From Octopus vulgaris (taxonomy: Eukaryota): a stretch of 64,000 nt of DNA. Below the pieces are notes generated by a model. It searched no databases and had not been told where the DNA came from. It saw only the letters and a list, made by a program, of their open reading frames with translations. This document shows, in pieces, positions 60,460-64,000 of this stretch. The DNA lies in NCBI GenBank assembly GCA_951406725.2, contig OX597832.1, positions 24,118,001-24,182,000 on the forward strand, given 5' to 3'. Within the stretch, counting starts at the first letter, position 1. Each line of letters begins with the position of its first letter. A program made the translations under genes and the position numbers.

Positions 60460-61237
60460 CAGGGTGGACCAAAATGATCTGACACATTTGGAGGCTTATC
60501 ATCATCATCGTTTAACGTCTGTTTTCCATGCTAGCATGGGTTGGACGGTTCAACTGGGGTCTAGGAAGCCAGGAGGCTGCACCAGGCCCAGTCTGATCTG
60601 GCAGTGTTTCTACAGCTGGATGCCCTTCCTTACGCCAACCACTCCATGAGTGTAGTGGGTGCTTTATACGTGCCACCTGCACAGGTGCCAGACGAGGCTG
60701 GCAAACGGCCACGATCGGATGGTGCTTTTTACGTGCCACTGGCACGGAGGCTTAATAAAAGCACAAAATAAGAAATAATGAAAAGAAAAATTGTATGTTC
60801 CGAATGTACATAAAATGCCATTTTGTTTGATTAAGTTTTAAAAATTAAATCAGCTAAATGCTTCCCGTCATTGCCAACACACTGTTGGAGACGTTCATGA
60901 AAGTTATCGATAACTCTTTGGATCATTTCTCCTGGAATGGTTAAATGTGATTTCTTCTTGTGGGGATATTTAAAATCAAAAGTATTCAGTCATCACCCTC
61001 GATCTATTGATGAATTAAAACGTGCAATTTGTGTAGACATAGCAACCTTTCCAGAAGAAATGATCCATAGAGTTATCGATAACTTTCATGAACGTCTCCA
61101 ACAGTGTGTTGACAATGACGGGAAGCAATTAGCTGATTTAATTTTTAAAACTTAATGAAATAAAATGGCATTATATGTACATTCAGAAAATAAAATTTTT
61201 ATTTTCATTATTTCTTATTTTGTGCTTTTATAATCCT
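60460..61237 (+). mobile_element. Tc1/mariner-superfamily derivative with long inverted repeats and a transposase C-terminal fragment; RTE end inserted at 60499-60745
   Basis: TA|CAGGGTG terminus; CDFFLWGYLKSKVF...IDELKRAI (60937-61155); arms 60748-60942 / 61044-61237 are inverted; 9-bp TSD ggaggctta around the nested insert. Confidence 0.8.
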
Positions 61238-61289
61238 AGAAGATACACACACACACACAGCCAGAACGGATTTTATATAATAGATATAC

Positions 61290-61678
61290 TAACACACGGA
61301 GAATAACTCTGAGCACCTTTTCAAACTCCACCCATCTAACACCCGTGGACATATTTACAAAGTCAGAAAACAGCACAGCTCCCATGACTTTTGGAAACAT
61401 TTTTTCACGCTGAGAGTTGCTGAAGCATGGAACAAACTGCCGGCATCAGTTGTTAGTTGTCAGAGCACTGCATCCTTCAAAACTTCCATGCTTCCTGAGA
61501 TTCGCCAACACCTACACCTGATTTTCTCCCCTCCATACACACAAGCAAGCATGTATCTGACTCATACATTGTTCGCTTCCCAGACATGTGTACATTACTG
61601 CATATGCTTTATATGCACTTTCTGACAAGTTGTGGCGCACCTGAGCACTATAGAATAATTTCATTATTATTATTATTC
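61290..61678 (+). mobile_element. CR1/L2-type LINE 3' end
   Basis: SNTRGHIYKVRKQHSSHDFWKHFFTLRVAEAWNKLPASVV; (ATT)n tail. Confidence 0.85.
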
Positions 61679-62069
61679 AAATCACACGCCGATGGTTTAT
61701 ATTTTAAAGACTAATTCGATAATACATAATCAATACACCTATCCCTTTTAACAGAGTTTAAAATTACTTGTACTTCTTTCCTACCCTACCAGTTATATCT
61801 CCGTCTCAATAATGTCATTCACCAATAATTTCATTTAAACAGAAACAATTTACTATTTCTGTTCGTTTGAAATGTCCTGAATTTTATATAGAACCTTTTC
61901 ATAGTTACTTCCCTTTGACTGGGTGGAAGTAGTACTTTCCCTTCCCTAAATCAGTTACGCTCGAGAGAGAGAGAGAGAGAGAGGGGGGTATGTGTGTGTG
62001 TTATATACATACACGAAAGAAAAGGCACTCAACACATTTAGTAGGGGTTACATGTATTATTATTATTAT

Positions 62070-62630
62070 TGAGTGAGAGAGCAGTGAATGCCATCAAAGT
62101 GACACTGGGGTAAAATATACGAAGCCCAGTATACCCATCATGACTACCTGTCTGATAAGGGTACACCAGGCACATGCATCACAACCATATGTGCGCGGCA
62201 TGGTGATCTCATATCAAGATAAACAGTGCATGACCTTGCAGGTGGCGCCCAGTTAGAATTTTCTTCTTCTTGTTGAGTAACCCGTCCCGCTCAAAAGGTC
62301 CCTGAATAAGGGTTGTTTAAGGATGTTGAACGAAACACCCATGTTTCCAGAGGTGAATTATTCAAATCCCAAAGAATTTCTCTCAACACACGGCTATAAT
62401 GCTCCCCCACTACTTCTGCTCGTGATCAGAGATGCACATATCGTCAGCCACTAAGGGACATGCTCAACTGGTTAAGGTCAAACAACTGACAAGCAAATAT
62501 GTGGTATTGAGCAGAATATTTGCTGTAGCCCAGCTTTTATGCCAAGACAAAACAATGTACATGATAACACTTCCAATCAGTTAAGATCAGAAGCCATGAG
62601 AGCCACTGCCTGGTACTGCATCAGGGCATG
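62070..62630. mobile_element. Second copy of the (ATT)n-embedded ~560-bp repeat
   Basis: Homologous to 12737-13232; (TTA)n on both sides. Confidence 0.8.
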
Positions 62631-62681
<51 letters not shown>

Positions 62682-62701
62682 CTATACTGACGAGTGAAGT
62701 A

Positions 62702-62930
62702 TTGGGTTGGTGCATAATTATTGCGGCTTTTTTTCAACACATTTTATTCAACAAAAACAATAACAACATGTAACAAAGACATCTTTAAATGATTATTCCG
62801 GAACATATTCACCATCTGCTTCAATTACTGCGTCCCATTTGCTTAGCAGATGGTCAGACCGTCATGTAAAGATGTTTTCGTTGAATAAAATTTGTTGAAA
62901 AAAAGCCGCAATAATTATGCACCAACCCAA
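62702..62930. mobile_element. Mariner-type MITE
   Basis: TA TSD (62700-62701, 62931-62932); ~38-bp TIRs ttgggttggtgcataattattgcggcttttttt / aaaaaaagccgcaataattatgcaccaacccaa, similar to Hsmar1/MADE1-type TIRs. Confidence 0.9.
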
Positions 62931-63381
62931 TAAATTTCTCAAACAATGGCAACGGCTATGAAGATTTGAGTTGACGTTATTAGGACTTTTCCGTTGTCTA
63001 GGAAACTATCTGAAAAACGTAGAAACTGAGATTACAATAAATACCACTTACTTTTTTTCTTCCTCGAGTGCACAAAACTTGAATGTCTCTTAGAATTCTC
63101 TGTTGCCAGTTGCTATGGTGGCATGGTTAGAAAATTAGCTGAAATATCTAAATACCTCTTTTACGGACTTTCCAAATCTATCTCCGTTTTTGCTGGACAC
63201 AGAAGAAATTCGTTACTTTTTCCGGCTCGAAACGTATATAGACTAGATTAGGGGTTCTCAACCATTTTTTCATCGATGGATCCCTTTGATTATCATTTTA
63301 TTCTGGTTGATCCCATCATTTGATGATTCGAAATTATTTTCATTGAAATTTTTTGAAAACTCCTAACCTTGTGTCAGAACA

Positions 63382-63780
63382 AGGCGCAGGAGTGGCTGTG
63401 TGGTAAGTAGCTGGCTTCCCAACCACATGGTTCCGGGTTCATTCTCAATGCGTGGCACCTTGGGCAAGTGTTTTCTACTAAAGCCTCGGGCCGATCAAAG
63501 CCTTGTGAGTGGATTTGGTAGACGGAAACTGAAAGAAACCCGTCGTATGTATGTGTATGTGTGTGCGTGTATGTTTGTGTGTCCGTGTTTATCCCGCTTG
63601 ACAACCGATGGTGGTGTGTTTACGTCCCCGTAACTTAGCGGTTCGGGAAAAGAGACCGATAGTATAAGTACTAAGCTTACAAAGAATTTATCCTGGGGTC
63701 GATTTCTTCGACTAAAGGCGGTGCTCCAGCATGGCCGCAGTCAAATGACTGAAACAATAAAAGAGTAAGAGTAAGAGTAA
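63382..63780 (+). mobile_element. SINE family A, full length
   Basis: Matches the consensus. Confidence 0.9.
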
Positions 63781-64000
63781 AAGTATGTAAAATATTAGAG
63801 AAAGAAACCCGCTGTTTTTTTGTTTTGTTTTGTTTTTTTTGCCATAAATACCAATACATAGACCTAAAGCAAACCTTTTTTTTAGGGTCCCTTAAGATAC
63901 TACTGTGAATCCCTGATTTACTATTTTGTTGTGAGAACCCGCCCAAACTCTTACATGAACCCCGGTTGGAAACCACAGGACTAGACAGATACTTGTGAAG

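Overview
AT-rich, microsatellite- and SINE-dense animal genomic DNA; the repeat families and (TA)n/(ATT)n content look like an octopus (inference). One spliced protein-coding gene dominates the window on the + strand: macoilin (MACO1/TMEM57). I traced 11 coding exons by hand from 3677 to the TGA at 51701-51703. They have GT-AG boundaries and consistent phases and give about 591 codons; the first coding exon appears to lie upstream of the window. The introns and the probable long 3' UTR contain tRNA-derived SINEs, RTE and CR1/L2-type LINE ends, a Gypsy pol relic, mariner/Tc1 relics, MITEs and non-autonomous Helitrons. Almost all ORFs in the supplied track are repeat artefacts. The most interesting unexplained signal is a set of short fold-back elements sitting in (TA)n tracts. 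Several carry type I hammerhead-ribozyme motifs of the Penelope-like (PLE) minimal/dimer-dependent kind; the clearest is 11619-11712 on the - strand, which has an unusually long stem II. Other highlights: an 11-unit one-head/many-body SINE array whose junction recurs at independent loci, a perfect palindrome with 116-bp arms, and a PAM2-like motif at the macoilin C-terminus.
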